A DNA stretch of 64,000 nt from Baekduia sp. (GCF_035685985.1 NZ_DASRZV010000013.1:15624-79623); one strand, 5' to 3'; positions 37,815 through 49,356 are shown, counted from the first letter of the stretch. The notes: generated from the letters alone by a model not told the origin. Numbers and translations are program-made.

Positions 37815-37885
37815 TGCCGGATGGTGTAATGGCAACACGCCTCGCTCTGGACGAGGTATTCTAGGTTCGAGTCCTAGTCCGGCAG
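37815..37885 (+). tRNA. tRNA-Gln (anticodon CTG)
   Basis: Acceptor stem TGCCGGA/TCCGGCA; D-arm GGTGTAATGGCAACAC; anticodon arm CCTCG-CTCTGGA-CGAGG; T-arm CTAGG-TTCGAGT-CCTAG. CCA is not encoded. Confidence 0.96.
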
Positions 37886-37891
37886 CTTTGC

Positions 37892-37921
37892 ACGAAACCC
37901 CCGCTCAAGCGGGGGTTTCGT
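37892..37921. terminator. Intrinsic (probably bidirectional) terminator
   Basis: ACGAAACCCCCGC-TCAA-GCGGGGGTTTCGT perfect 13-bp stem after the tRNA. Confidence 0.85.
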
Positions 37922-37926
37922 CGTCT

Positions 37927-38130
37927 CTAGCGGCGCCAGAAGACGAGGCGCTGCACGGACGCCTTCCAGATCGCGCCGCCGAGCGGGATCGGGGAGTTCT
38001 TGCGCTCGCCGATGGCCTCGATCGGGTTCAGCTTCAGCTCCTGGCCGGTGCCGATCTTGATCGTGCCGTCGTCCTGGCGGGCGCCGTCGAGGTAGATCCA
38101 GCCGCGGCGGACCTGGATGTGGTCGTCCAT
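37927..38130 (-). CDS. Hypothetical 67-aa protein
   Basis: GC3-biased codons, natural composition, and a TACGAT -10-like hexamer 6 nt upstream of the ATG. Confidence 0.65.
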   Translation of the reverse strand: MDDHIQVRRGWIYLDGARQDDGTIKIGTGQELKLNPIEAIGERKNSPIPLGGAIWKASVQRLVFWRR

Positions 38131-38164
38131 GGGTCGATCGTAGGACGGGCGGGCGTCTCAGCGC

Positions 38165-38317
38165 TCAGCGGTCGACGTGCGGGCCGCCGGGGAACTGCGG
38201 TCCGCGGGCGGGGCGGTCCGAGGCGCACCAGGTCCCGTACCAGGTGCCGTTGGCCACCTTCAGCGCCGTGAAGGCGACGAGGAGGACGAGCAGGATCGCG
38301 TAGAGGATCTGCGGCAT
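38165..38317 (-). CDS. Possible 50-aa single-TM peptide
   Basis: MPQILYAILLVLLVAFTALKVANGTWYGTWC..., with GC3-biased codons in the N-terminal half. Confidence 0.4.
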   Translation of the reverse strand: MPQILYAILLVLLVAFTALKVANGTWYGTWCASDRPARGPQFPGGPHVDR

Positions 38318-38356
38318 GGCGGCGGCTCCCGAGCCGGTGGGGTGGTGGTCGAGCCG

Positions 38357-39094
38357 ATGGTCCCGCGCTCGGACGCAGGGCGCAAGCCGGCGCGCAAGTT
38401 CCGGCGTGGTCGGTCGATCCACCTGGAAGACGTGCACGAGCTGCCTTCGGCCGATCCCTCGCTGCTGCCCGCGATGCGGGAGCAGGGTGGTGAGCTGGGC
38501 CGGCAGTTCGTCGACGTCTTCGTCGGCTTCCGGCTGCGGTTCCACGACGAGCGCGAGGCGTTTCAGTTCTCGCGCCACTTCCGGTTCGCGTCGCCGCGCA
38601 GCGCGCTGCGGGACGAGGGCGGAGGGGTCGTGTGGGTCGGCTTCCACGGCTGGGCGTTCGACGCCGGCGACGCGCAGATGCAGGCGGCGTTGGCCGTCCG
38701 CCACAGCGCGATCAAGGCGAAGGTGCGCCACATCCCCGCCGCGACCGAAGCGGAGCTGCGCCCGACGGACCGTCTGCTGACGGACGTCCCGAAGGCGCGC
38801 AAGGAGCGCGACGACCTGCTGGCCAAGGTCGACGAGCAGGTCCCGCACATGTACGACACGCGCCGCACGGCGCTGGCGGGCGCGTCGCCCGCGCGGCGGC
38901 AGATCGGAGCGGGTGGCGTGGCGGCGACGCCGGCGCCGGCGCCGGCGCCGGGGTCCGCCGCGCCGCGTGCCGCCTCGTCGCCGGTCGGCGCGGCGCCGCC
39001 GCAGGGGCACGCGACCTCCAAGGCGCCGCCCGGCTTCGCCCCGGGTGCGGGGACGACGGCCGCGCCGAAGCGCCGGCGCCTGTTCGGGCGCTGA
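38357..39094 (+). CDS. Hypothetical protein with Pro/Ala-rich tail ending KRRRLFGR
   Basis: Best GC3-biased frame in this region; start uncertain. Confidence 0.6.
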   Translation: MVPRSDAGRKPARKFRRGRSIHLEDVHELPSADPSLLPAMREQGGELGRQFVDVFVGFRLRFHDEREAFQFSRHFRFASPRSALRDEGGGVVWVGFHGWAFDAGDAQMQAALAVRHSAIKAKVRHIPAATEAELRPTDRLLTDVPKARKERDDLLAKVDEQVPHMYDTRRTALAGASPARRQIGAGGVAATPAPAPAPGSAAPRAASSPVGAAPPQGHATSKAPPGFAPGAGTTAAPKRRRLFGR

Positions 39095-39150
39095 ACGGCT
39101 GACCTCACCGGTCAAGCTGCCCTCCGCGCGGCCGAACACCCGAAGGCGAC

Positions 39151-40209
39151 ATGCGGATCCTCTCCGTCGACCGACGCACCGCCCGCTGGGCCCGCGAGCT
39201 GCTCGCCGTTCGCTGTGCCGTCGGCGCCTGGATCGCCTTCGGGCTGATCTTCCTCAGCTATCCGCTGCTGCCCGGCGCCCATCGCGCGCACGAGGACGTG
39301 CTGTTCGCCGCGGGTGGCTTCGGGCTCGGCTGGGCGCTGCTGCTCGGCACGCTGCCCGCCAAGCGCTCGCTGATCCCGCTCTTCCAGGCCGGGACCGGCC
39401 TGTCGCTGGCGCTGATCCCGGTGGCGGTCGCGGCCTCCGGCGGCTCGGCGTCGCCGCTGCGCTCGCTGCCGCTGCTGATCGTCGTCTACTGCTCGTGGTT
39501 CTACGAGACGCGGATCGCCGCCGCCGCGCTGGCCGTCGTCTGCGGCCTGCACGTGCTCCCGCTGGCCTACGACGACCGGGCGTTCCGCGCGCCCGGCCTC
39601 TCGATCACGATCACGCTCGGGATCACGTTCGCGATGACCGGCGCGCTGATGATGGCCGCTCGCCGCGAGCTGGCCGCCATGCGCGACGACGCCCGCGCCG
39701 AGGCGCTGCACGACCCGCTGACCGAGCTGGCCAACCGCCGCGCGCTGATGGCCTGGCTGGGCAAGCACGCCGCCGCGGCCGGACGCCGCGCGACCGACCG
39801 GATCGGCCTGCTGCTCGTCGACCTCGACGGCTTCAAGCAGGTCAACACCGACCACGGCCACCACGGCGGCGACGCGGCGCTGACCGCCGCCGCCCAGGCC
39901 CTGCGCTCCGCCGCGCGCGCCGAGGACCTCGTCGCCCGCCTCGGCGGCGACGAGTTCGCGATCCTCGTCCCCGACGCCGACCCCGAGACCCTCCGCGCCA
40001 TCGCCGACCGCGCGATCGTCGCCGTGTCCGCCGCCTCCGAGCGCCTGGAGCTGGACGGCATCCACCTCGGCGCCTCCGTCGGCCTCGCGCTCCTGCCCGA
40101 CGACGCCACCGACGCCGACTCGCTGCTGCAGGCGGCGGACGGCGCCCTGCGCGCCGCCAAGCGCGCGGGCAAGGGCCGCGTGGTGGTCAGCGGCGCGCTG
40201 CCGGCCTGA
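39151..40209 (+). CDS. Membrane-bound diguanylate cyclase (GGDEF)
   Basis: About 5-6 TM segments; DPLT.LANRR, DLDGFKQVN, RAED (RxxD I-site) and RLGGDEF motifs. Confidence 0.92.
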   Translation: MRILSVDRRTARWARELLAVRCAVGAWIAFGLIFLSYPLLPGAHRAHEDVLFAAGGFGLGWALLLGTLPAKRSLIPLFQAGTGLSLALIPVAVAASGGSASPLRSLPLLIVVYCSWFYETRIAAAALAVVCGLHVLPLAYDDRAFRAPGLSITITLGITFAMTGALMMAARRELAAMRDDARAEALHDPLTELANRRALMAWLGKHAAAAGRRATDRIGLLLVDLDGFKQVNTDHGHHGGDAALTAAAQALRSAARAEDLVARLGGDEFAILVPDADPETLRAIADRAIVAVSAASERLELDGIHLGASVGLALLPDDATDADSLLQAADGALRAAKRAGKGRVVVSGALPA

Positions 40210-40243
40210 GCCGGCGGCCGTACCGGGCGCCAACCCCGCGACG

Positions 40244-40288
40244 CGGGTCACTGCGAACGTCGATCTGACGTCGGGAGTGACCCGGAAC
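40244..40288 (-). repeat. Dispersed palindromic element, copy C (reverse orientation)
   Basis: CGGGTCACTGCGAACGTC-GATCT-GACGTCGGGAGTGACCCG followed by GAAC; 15/18 pairs. The reverse complement begins GTTCCGGGTC, like copies A and B. Confidence 0.7.
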
Positions 40289-40313
40289 GCCGGCGGCGGG
40301 TGGGCCGGGCCGG

Positions 40314-40847
40314 CTAGAGCGCTCCGCGCCGGCGCGTCGCCACGCCGCGGCGCACCGTGATGGCGCGCGCGTCGCGCAGCGCGCGTAGCTCGCGATAGAC
40401 CGTCGCGCGGGAGGCGCCGGTCAAGGACGACAACTCGGTGACGTGGGCGGGGCCGGCGGCGTCGAGGTGGCGCAGGATCGTCGCGCGGCGGCGGGAGCGC
40501 TTGCCGGGCGGCGGCGGTGGCGCCGCCGCCGTCATCGTCTCAGGGTGAGACGAGTCGATCGCGACGAGCAGCTCGCGCAGCGGCGCGGCGAGGTCGCTCT
40601 CGCGCGCGGGGCGGTGCCAGCGGCCGTCGGCGTCGCGGGCGATCAGGCCCCAGGCCTGCGCGCCGTCGAGCGCGTGGCGCAGGCCGCCGCGCGTCACCCC
40701 GGCAAGGCGTTCCAGCTCGCGCGTGCTCCAGCCGGTGGCGGGAGCGGGGCGGAGGAGGACGGCGGCGAGAAGCCCGCGGCGCGCCGCCGACCCGAAGGGC
40801 CAGTCGGCCAGGGAGAGCGGATGGGGCCCGCGCGCGATTCCGTCCAC
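40314..40847 (-). CDS. Protein with two winged-HTH-like segments (DeoR/IclR-like C-terminal HTH)
   Basis: WSTRELERLAGVTRGGL...WGLI and ILRHL...HVTELSSLTGASRATVYREL..L; GTG at 40847 with TAATAT 7 nt upstream. Confidence 0.6.
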   Translation of the reverse strand: MDGIARGPHPLSLADWPFGSAARRGLLAAVLLRPAPATGWSTRELERLAGVTRGGLRHALDGAQAWGLIARDADGRWHRPARESDLAAPLRELLVAIDSSHPETMTAAAPPPPPGKRSRRRATILRHLDAAGPAHVTELSSLTGASRATVYRELRALRDARAITVRRGVATRRRGAL

Positions 40848-40851
40848 GGCG

Positions 40852-40864
40852 GAGATATTATCTC
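40852..40864. promoter_or_regulatory. AT-rich palindrome / back-to-back -10 elements between divergent genes
   Basis: GAGATA-T-TATCTC; contains TATTAT (+) and TAATAT (-). Confidence 0.6.
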
Positions 40865-40869
40865 GCACC

Positions 40870-41379
40870 ATGAGCTTCGCGATCCCCTCCTTCGCCGACG
40901 ACGAGATCCGCGCCTGGGACGTCCGCCGCCCCGGCGAGCTGCATCGAGCGCTGACGCTGGCGCCCGACGCCGCCACGCGCCTGCGCGCCGAGGCGGCCGC
41001 GGACGGCACGTCGCCGTCGGTCGCGGTGACCGTCAAGCTCGAGGCCGCGCTCGCCGTCGAGCTGCTGCGCTCGCGCGGGATCGCCGACCCGATCGCGCTG
41101 CTGGACCAGGTCGCCGACGCCCAGCGCCCGCTCCACGCGCTGTCGACCGCCGAGGCCGACTACGCCCGCTCGCTGACCCTCGACCGCTTCGGCGGCCACG
41201 AGCCCGACCTGACGGTCCCGGTCCGCCTCCACAGCCGCGTGCGGACCCACGACGTCGAGGCGCTGCTGGACGTCGTCGGCCTCTGCCGCGCGATCCGCTG
41301 GGAGCTGGCGGCGCTGCGCGCCGGCGCGACGATCGCCGAGTGGGCCGCGCTCAGCGCGCTGGCGGGCACGGCGGCCTAA
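40870..41379 (+). CDS. Hypothetical protein, possibly ribbon-helix-helix-like
   Basis: GC3-biased ORF; 'LTLAPDAATRLRAEAAADGTSPSVAV..KLE' resembles an RHH pattern. Confidence 0.65.
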   Translation: MSFAIPSFADDEIRAWDVRRPGELHRALTLAPDAATRLRAEAAADGTSPSVAVTVKLEAALAVELLRSRGIADPIALLDQVADAQRPLHALSTAEADYARSLTLDRFGGHEPDLTVPVRLHSRVRTHDVEALLDVVGLCRAIRWELAALRAGATIAEWAALSALAGTAA

Positions 41380-43193
41380 GCCGCCGCCTGCTCCGCCCAG
41401 TCGCGGTACAGGCGCCAGTAGTGGCCCTGCGCGGCCAGCAGCTCCTCGTGGGTCCCGGACTCCACGATCCGCCCGTGCTCGAGCACGACGATGCGACCGG
41501 CCTGGCGGATCGTCGACAGCCGGTGGGCGATCACGATCGCCGTGCGACCCGCCAGCAGGCGCCGCAGGCCGTCCTCGATGATCGTCTCGGTCCGCAGGTC
41601 CACGTTGGACGTCGCCTCGTCGAGCACGAGGATGCGCGGATCGGCGACCAGCGCCCGCGCGAAGGCCACCAACTGGCGCTGGCCCGCCGACAGCTGCACG
41701 CCGCGCTCGCCGATCTGCGTGTCCAGCCCCTGCTCCAGGCGCCCGACGAAGTCCCACGCGCCGACCGCGCGGCACGCGCGCTCCAGCACGGCGTCGTCGA
41801 CCTCGTCGCCCTCGGCCACGCCGAAGGCGATGTTCTCGCGCAGCGTCCCGCTGAACAGGAAGCCCTCCTGCGGCACGATCCCCATCTGCGACCGCAAGGA
41901 CTTCATGGTGACGTCGCGCAGGTCGTGGCCGTCGACGCGGATCGCGCCCGACGTCGGGTCGTAGAACCGCGCCGCGAGCTTGGCCAGCGTCGACTTGCCC
42001 GCGCCGGTCTCGCCGACCAGCGCCACCGTCTGGCCCGGCGGGATGTGCAAGGAGATCTCCGACAGCGCGGTCTTCACGCCCTCGGCGGTCGAGTAGGAGA
42101 ACGTCACGTCGTCGAACTCCATCTCGCCGCGCAGCGGGCGCGGCAGCTCGTCCGCGTCGTCCGCGTCGACCAGGTCCGGCTGCTCGTCCAGCAGCGCGAA
42201 GATCTTGTCCAGCGCCGCCATGCCGCTCTGGTAGGTCGTGTAGACCTGCGACAGCTGCGAGATCGGGTCGAAGAACCCGTTCAGCGCCGCGATGAACCCG
42301 ACCAGCACGCCGATCGTCACGCTGCCGCTGAGGACCTGGTGGCCGCCGTAGAGCAGGATGCCGACCGTCGCGACCGCGCTGACGAACTCGACCGCCGGGA
42401 AGTACGCGGCGTTCAGGTTCACCGTGACCATGTTGGCGCGGCGGTTGTCGGCGTTCAGCTCGGCGAAGTGCCCGACGTGGCGCGGCTCCTGCGCGAACGT
42501 CTTCAGCACGCGGATGCCGCTCAGCGACTCCTGCAGGTACGCGGTCAGCGACCCGATCGTCTCGCGCGTGCGGGCGAAGGCGTCCGCCGACGCCAGCCGG
42601 AACGCGAACGACCCGACGGCCATCACCGGGAAGATCAAGAACGTCAACAACGCCAGCTTGACGTCGAAGAGCAGCAGGATGACGATCGACCCCACCAACG
42701 TGAGCGACGCCTGGAACAACGTGACCACCGCGTCGGTGACCATCTGCTCCAGCGCCTCGACGTCGTTGGTCAGCCGCGAGATCAGCACGCCCGCCGGCCG
42801 CCGCTCGTAGAAGCCGACCGGCATCTCCTGCAGGTGGCGGAAGACGTCCATCCGCAGGTCCTGCAGCGCGCGCTGCCCGACCCAGTTGGTCAGGTAGGTC
42901 TGGGCGAACGACGTCACCCAGACGACCAGCGCGCTGATGATGAACAACACGACGATGACCGTCAGCGCGCCGGTGTCGCCGCGCGTGATGCCGCGGTCGA
43001 TCGCCTGCTTGGCCAGCGGCGCCGGCGCCAGCCCGGCGGCCGTGCCCAACACCAAGGCCACGAACATGAGCGCGGTCTGGCGCCGGTAGGGGCGTAGCAT
43101 CGCGACGATCCCGCTGATCTTGCGCCGGCGTCCGCCCGTCGCGGCCAGCCGCCGCCGCAGGTCATCTCGCATGCGAAACGCAGACGCGCTCAC
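41376..43193 (-). CDS. ABC exporter half (TMD+NBD), MsbA/MdlB-like
   Basis: GTG at 43193 overlapping the upstream stop; GETGAGKST, LSAGQRQ, LDEATS and IAHRLST motifs. Confidence 0.92.
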   Translation of the reverse strand: MSASAFRMRDDLRRRLAATGGRRRKISGIVAMLRPYRRQTALMFVALVLGTAAGLAPAPLAKQAIDRGITRGDTGALTVIVVLFIISALVVWVTSFAQTYLTNWVGQRALQDLRMDVFRHLQEMPVGFYERRPAGVLISRLTNDVEALEQMVTDAVVTLFQASLTLVGSIVILLLFDVKLALLTFLIFPVMAVGSFAFRLASADAFARTRETIGSLTAYLQESLSGIRVLKTFAQEPRHVGHFAELNADNRRANMVTVNLNAAYFPAVEFVSAVATVGILLYGGHQVLSGSVTIGVLVGFIAALNGFFDPISQLSQVYTTYQSGMAALDKIFALLDEQPDLVDADDADELPRPLRGEMEFDDVTFSYSTAEGVKTALSEISLHIPPGQTVALVGETGAGKSTLAKLAARFYDPTSGAIRVDGHDLRDVTMKSLRSQMGIVPQEGFLFSGTLRENIAFGVAEGDEVDDAVLERACRAVGAWDFVGRLEQGLDTQIGERGVQLSAGQRQLVAFARALVADPRILVLDEATSNVDLRTETIIEDGLRRLLAGRTAIVIAHRLSTIRQAGRIVVLEHGRIVESGTHEELLAAQGHYWRLYRDWAEQAAA

Positions 43194-44968
43194 AGGCCCG
43201 CCACCTCGCGCTCGGGGTCCTCGCGGTTGAGGAAGACCTGGTCGGGCAGGCCCTTCTCGACGATCTCGCGGTACAGCTCGGAGATCTCCAGCAGCTCGTC
43301 GTGCGTGCCCTCGGCGACGATCTCGCCGTCCTCGACCACCACGATGACGTCGGCCAGCGCGATCGTCGACAGCCGGTGGGCGATGACGAACGTCGTGCGC
43401 CCGGCCATCACCTCGCGCAGCGCGTCCTTGATGTGCTGCTCGGTCGAGGCGTCCACGGCCGACGTCGCGTCGTCGAGGATCAGGATCCGCGGGTCGGCCA
43501 GCAGCGCGCGGGCGATCGCGACGCGCTGGCGCTGGCCGCCGCTCAGCGTCAGGCCGCGCTCGCCGACGCGCGTGTCGTAGCCGTCGGGCAAGGCCATGAT
43601 GAAGTCGTGGGCCTGCGCGCGCCGCGCGGCCCGCTCGATGTCCTCGCGGTCGACCATCGCGTCGCCGCCGCGCGCGTAGGCGATGTTGTCGGCGATCGTC
43701 GAGGAGAACAGGAAGGGGGAGTCGTCGACGGTCGCGATCGCGTGGTGCAGCTGCACCGGGTCGACCGACCGCACGTCGGCGCCGTCGATCGACACCGCGC
43801 CGGCGTCCACGTCGTACAGGCGCCCGAGCAACTGCACCAACGTGGTCTTGCCCGAGCCGGTGGCGCCGACCAGCGCGACCGTCGTCCCGGCCGGGACGTC
43901 CAGCGACACGTCGCGCAGCGCCGGCCGCGGCGCGTTGGCGTAGGTGAACGTGACGTCGTCGAGGACCACGTGGCCGTTGCCCTCCGGCAGCGGCGTCACG
44001 TCCGCCGGCGCGGTGATCCGCGGCCCGCGGTCGAAGATCTCGAACAGCCGCGCGCCGGACGCCGTCGCGCGCTGCGCCAGGCCGAGCGTCATGCCGAGCT
44101 GGCGCATCGGCACCAGCAGCATCAACAGGTAGGAGTAGAACGCGGCGAAGTCGCCCAGCGTCATGTGGCCCGCGACCACGCGGCGCCCGCCGATCAGCAG
44201 CACGCAGGCCAGGCCGATCTGCGGCAGGAAGCCGATCAAGGGCTGGTAGAACGCGCTGAGCCGCGTCGCGACCATCTCCTGGTCGAAGACCCGCCGCGTC
44301 GAGGTCGCGAAGCGCGCCAGCTGCCGGTCCTCGCGGGCGAACGCCTTGACGACGCGCACGCCGCCGATCGACTCCTCCGCGTCGGCGGTCAGCTCCGCGA
44401 CCCGCTGCTGGACCGCCTGCTGCGCGGGGCGCGCGCGGCGCCCGTAGCGCGACGCGATCACCACGACGAACGGCACCGGCAGCAGCGAGATCGCCGCCAG
44501 CAGGGGGTCGACCAGCGTCATCGCGACCCCGGCCAGGATGATCGTCAGCGCCGACTGCATGATGAACACCAGGCCGTAGCCCAGGAAGAAGCGCACGGCC
44601 GCCAGGTCGACGGTGGCGCGCGACATCAGCTGGCCGGTCTGCTGGCGGTCGAAGAACGCCAGCTCCAGCGACAGCAGGTGGGTGTACAGGCGCTGGCGCA
44701 GGTCGTACTCCACGCCCAGCGACACCCGGCCGGCGACCAGCCGCCGGCCGACGGTCAGCACCAGCCGCGCCACGCCGGCACCCGCCACGAGCAGCCCGTA
44801 CCGGTCCAGCCGATGGCCGTCGCCCGCGCGGATCTGGTCGATCGCCTGACCGGTCAGCCACGGGATCAGGACGGTCATCGCCATCGCGGCGGCCGCCAGC
44901 ACACCGGACAGCACGACGCCGCGCCGATAGGGCGCGAGGAAGCCGAGGAGTCGTCGGAAGATCGCCAA
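43190..44968 (-). CDS. ABC exporter half (TMD+NBD), MdlA-like, degenerate Walker B
   Basis: GATGSGKTT, LSGGQRQR and LDDATS (D in place of the catalytic E, typical of heterodimers); TTG start with TAGACT 10 nt upstream. Confidence 0.92.
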   Translation of the reverse strand: MAIFRRLLGFLAPYRRGVVLSGVLAAAAMAMTVLIPWLTGQAIDQIRAGDGHRLDRYGLLVAGAGVARLVLTVGRRLVAGRVSLGVEYDLRQRLYTHLLSLELAFFDRQQTGQLMSRATVDLAAVRFFLGYGLVFIMQSALTIILAGVAMTLVDPLLAAISLLPVPFVVVIASRYGRRARPAQQAVQQRVAELTADAEESIGGVRVVKAFAREDRQLARFATSTRRVFDQEMVATRLSAFYQPLIGFLPQIGLACVLLIGGRRVVAGHMTLGDFAAFYSYLLMLLVPMRQLGMTLGLAQRATASGARLFEIFDRGPRITAPADVTPLPEGNGHVVLDDVTFTYANAPRPALRDVSLDVPAGTTVALVGATGSGKTTLVQLLGRLYDVDAGAVSIDGADVRSVDPVQLHHAIATVDDSPFLFSSTIADNIAYARGGDAMVDREDIERAARRAQAHDFIMALPDGYDTRVGERGLTLSGGQRQRVAIARALLADPRILILDDATSAVDASTEQHIKDALREVMAGRTTFVIAHRLSTIALADVIVVVEDGEIVAEGTHDELLEISELYREIVEKGLPDQVFLNREDPEREVAGL

Positions 44969-45059
44969 GTCCGCACCCAGTCTAGTTGCACGGGAAACGA
45001 ACCTTCGAAGGCGGGCGCGATCCCGGTCCGCGCGCGGGCCTGCCAAGCTCCGGAGCACG

Positions 45060-45248
45060 ATGGACGACCCGCCCCGCTTCGGCCTCTGCGACCACTGCAC
45101 GCACCAGAAGCTCATCAAGAGCGGCCGGGGCTCGCTGTTCAGCATGTGCACGCTCGGGCTCAAGGACCCCAACTGGCCCAAGTACCCGCGGATGCCGGTG
45201 TCCGAGTGCTCGCGCTTCGACCGCGAGGCCGGCCCGTCGCGGGCGTGA
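45060..45248 (+). CDS. Small Cys-rich protein (62 aa), probably metal-binding
   Basis: GLCDHCTH...RGS.F.MC....DP.WPKYP.MPV.EC; GGAG SD upstream. Confidence 0.7.
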   Translation: MDDPPRFGLCDHCTHQKLIKSGRGSLFSMCTLGLKDPNWPKYPRMPVSECSRFDREAGPSRA

Positions 45249-45278
45249 GGCGCAGGAAACGGTCCCCGTGAGCCTCGC

Positions 45279-45635
45279 TCAGCGGGTCAGGTCCACCGAC
45301 CGGCGCGCCTCCACCTCATAGGGGTTGGAGGCGTAGCCGCGGTAGAGGTAGCTCAAGGGCATGGAGATCGGCTTGTGCTGCATCTGCCAGACATGGCAGA
45401 GCTCGTGGCAGATCAGGTCGGCGCTCGCCCGCTCCAGCGGCGCGCGCAGCAGGATCAGGTCCCACATCGTGTAGCCGTCGAAGCGCGAGAACCACGGCAG
45501 CCGGAACAGCCAGGGCACCGTGAGGATCCGGACCGTGCGGCGCAGCGCGACCGGGCGCGGGTAGAGGCCCAGCCGGTCCAGGCGGGCCTTGGCCGCCGCC
45601 AGCGCGGCGCGTTCGCTCGGCGTGCGGCGCGTCAG
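45279..45635 (-). CDS. Small HExxH zinc-metallopeptidase-like protein (DUF4157-like)
   Basis: G.T....I, LICHELCHVWQ and Y..NPYEVEAR motifs; probable CTG start overlapping the upstream TGA. Confidence 0.7.
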   Translation of the reverse strand: MTRRTPSERAALAAAKARLDRLGLYPRPVALRRTVRILTVPWLFRLPWFSRFDGYTMWDLILLRAPLERASADLICHELCHVWQMQHKPISMPLSYLYRGYASNPYEVEARRSVDLTR

Positions 45636-46776
45636 CGGATCCGGAGCGGGGCGAGGACGAGGAACAGCCGCAGGTCGGTGTTGGCCTCCTGCAGCTTGTA
45701 GGTGTAGGTCTTGTCGTCGGTGATCGCCTCGACGGCGGGGCGGTCGGGCGAGCGCGTGACGCCGCTGACCGTCGGCGTCTTGGCCGACAGCGTGGCGCTC
45801 AGCGGGCGGGCCAGCGCGGTCTGCACGTCGCGCTGGCTGCGGCGGAACAGCAGCGCGGTCGGGTCGGCCTTCTGCTGGACGAGCTTGCCGGTCGTCGCGC
45901 TGCGGACCTGGCGCACGCTGGGCGGGAACAGCACCACGGCCTCCGACACGCCGAGGTAGTGGAACGAGTACAGCGCCAGCTCCAGCGCCTCGCGCCGCAG
46001 CAGCAGATGGCGGTCGGTCGACGGGCGGCCGGGGATGCGGCTGTCGGCGGTCCCGATGCCGTTCATCCGGTACATGACGCCCGCGCCGTCGTCGAGGAAG
46101 CTCACCGCGCCGCCCTGGGCCGCGGGCTGCTGGATGGCGATCGTCACCGGGACCTGCTGGACCTCCAGCGGCCCGCCGACGACGCCGACCAGCTGCCGGC
46201 CGTTGGGCAGCTTGTACTCGCCGCCGACGTGCGAGGCGATCTGGTTGGCGGCCGCGGTCCCGGACGTGGCGCTCGGGCGCCACGGCGACCACGCGGGGCC
46301 GGCCTTGAGGACGATCGTCGTGTCGTCCTTGCCGCCCGCCAGCACGGCGGCCAGCAGCGCGACCGAGGCGATGCCGACGGCCAGCAGCGCGCCGAGCAGG
46401 AACTGGAAGCGCGCGGAGTACCTGGAGTGACGGGCAGCGTCGTCGGCGTCCTCGACGGTGGCGGACCCGGCCGCCGCGGCGCCGGCGCCGGCGCTCGCGC
46501 CGGCCTCCGCCGCGGGCGCGGCCGTCGCGGCGACCGCCACGCGCCCGGGGGCGTCGCCCTCGTCGGCCTCCTCCTCCTCCTCCTCGCCCTCCGGCGCAGT
46601 CGCCCACAGGCGGCCGGACGCGGCGCGCGGCGTCTCCCGGGGCAGCAGGTCGTCGGGATCCCACTTGGGCTGCGTGCCCGCCGGGTCCGGCGGGCGCTTG
46701 CGCGGGTCGGGGCGGTCGCGGGACACGGCCGTCTCCTCGTCCTGCGCGCGGGGCGCGTCGTCGATGTCGTGCTCGC

Positions 46777-46780
<4 letters not shown>
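45632..46780 (-). CDS. Single-TM hypothetical protein with acidic, disordered N-terminus
   Basis: GTGA overlap with the AAA gene; EEEEEE run, one TM segment (FQFLLGALLAVGIASVALLAAVL), globular C-terminal domain with LLRREALELALYSF.Y. Confidence 0.75.
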
Positions 46781-49197
<2,417 letters not shown>

Positions 49198-49281
49198 GCC
49201 GAGAGGGTAGTGGCGCCGGAGCCGAAGTCCAGCAGGGCGCGGGTCCCGGCGCGCCGGGCTCGTTGGGGACCCGCGGCGCGC

Positions 49282-49356
49282 TCAGATGCGCGGGATGCTG
49301 GGCAACCCGCGCCCGGAGCTCACGGGTTTGCCGTCGGCGTCAGATGCGCGGGATGC
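49282..49356. repeat. 17-bp direct repeat flanking a 41-nt hairpin-containing spacer
   Basis: TCAGATGCGCGGGATGC at 49282-49298 and 49340-49356. Confidence 0.8.

Noticed and set aside
37815-41379. Prophage or integrative element at tRNA-Gln
   Set aside because: No integrase, phage or transposase motifs and no visible att duplication of the tRNA 3' end.
41376-44861. Apparent 1161-aa ABC fusion
   Set aside because: The first ~556 codons are an off-frame read of the upstream ABC gene; the real start is GTG 43193.
49282-49356. Mini CRISPR array (repeat-spacer-repeat)
   Set aside because: Only two 17-bp units, one within a CDS end, and no cas genes in the window.
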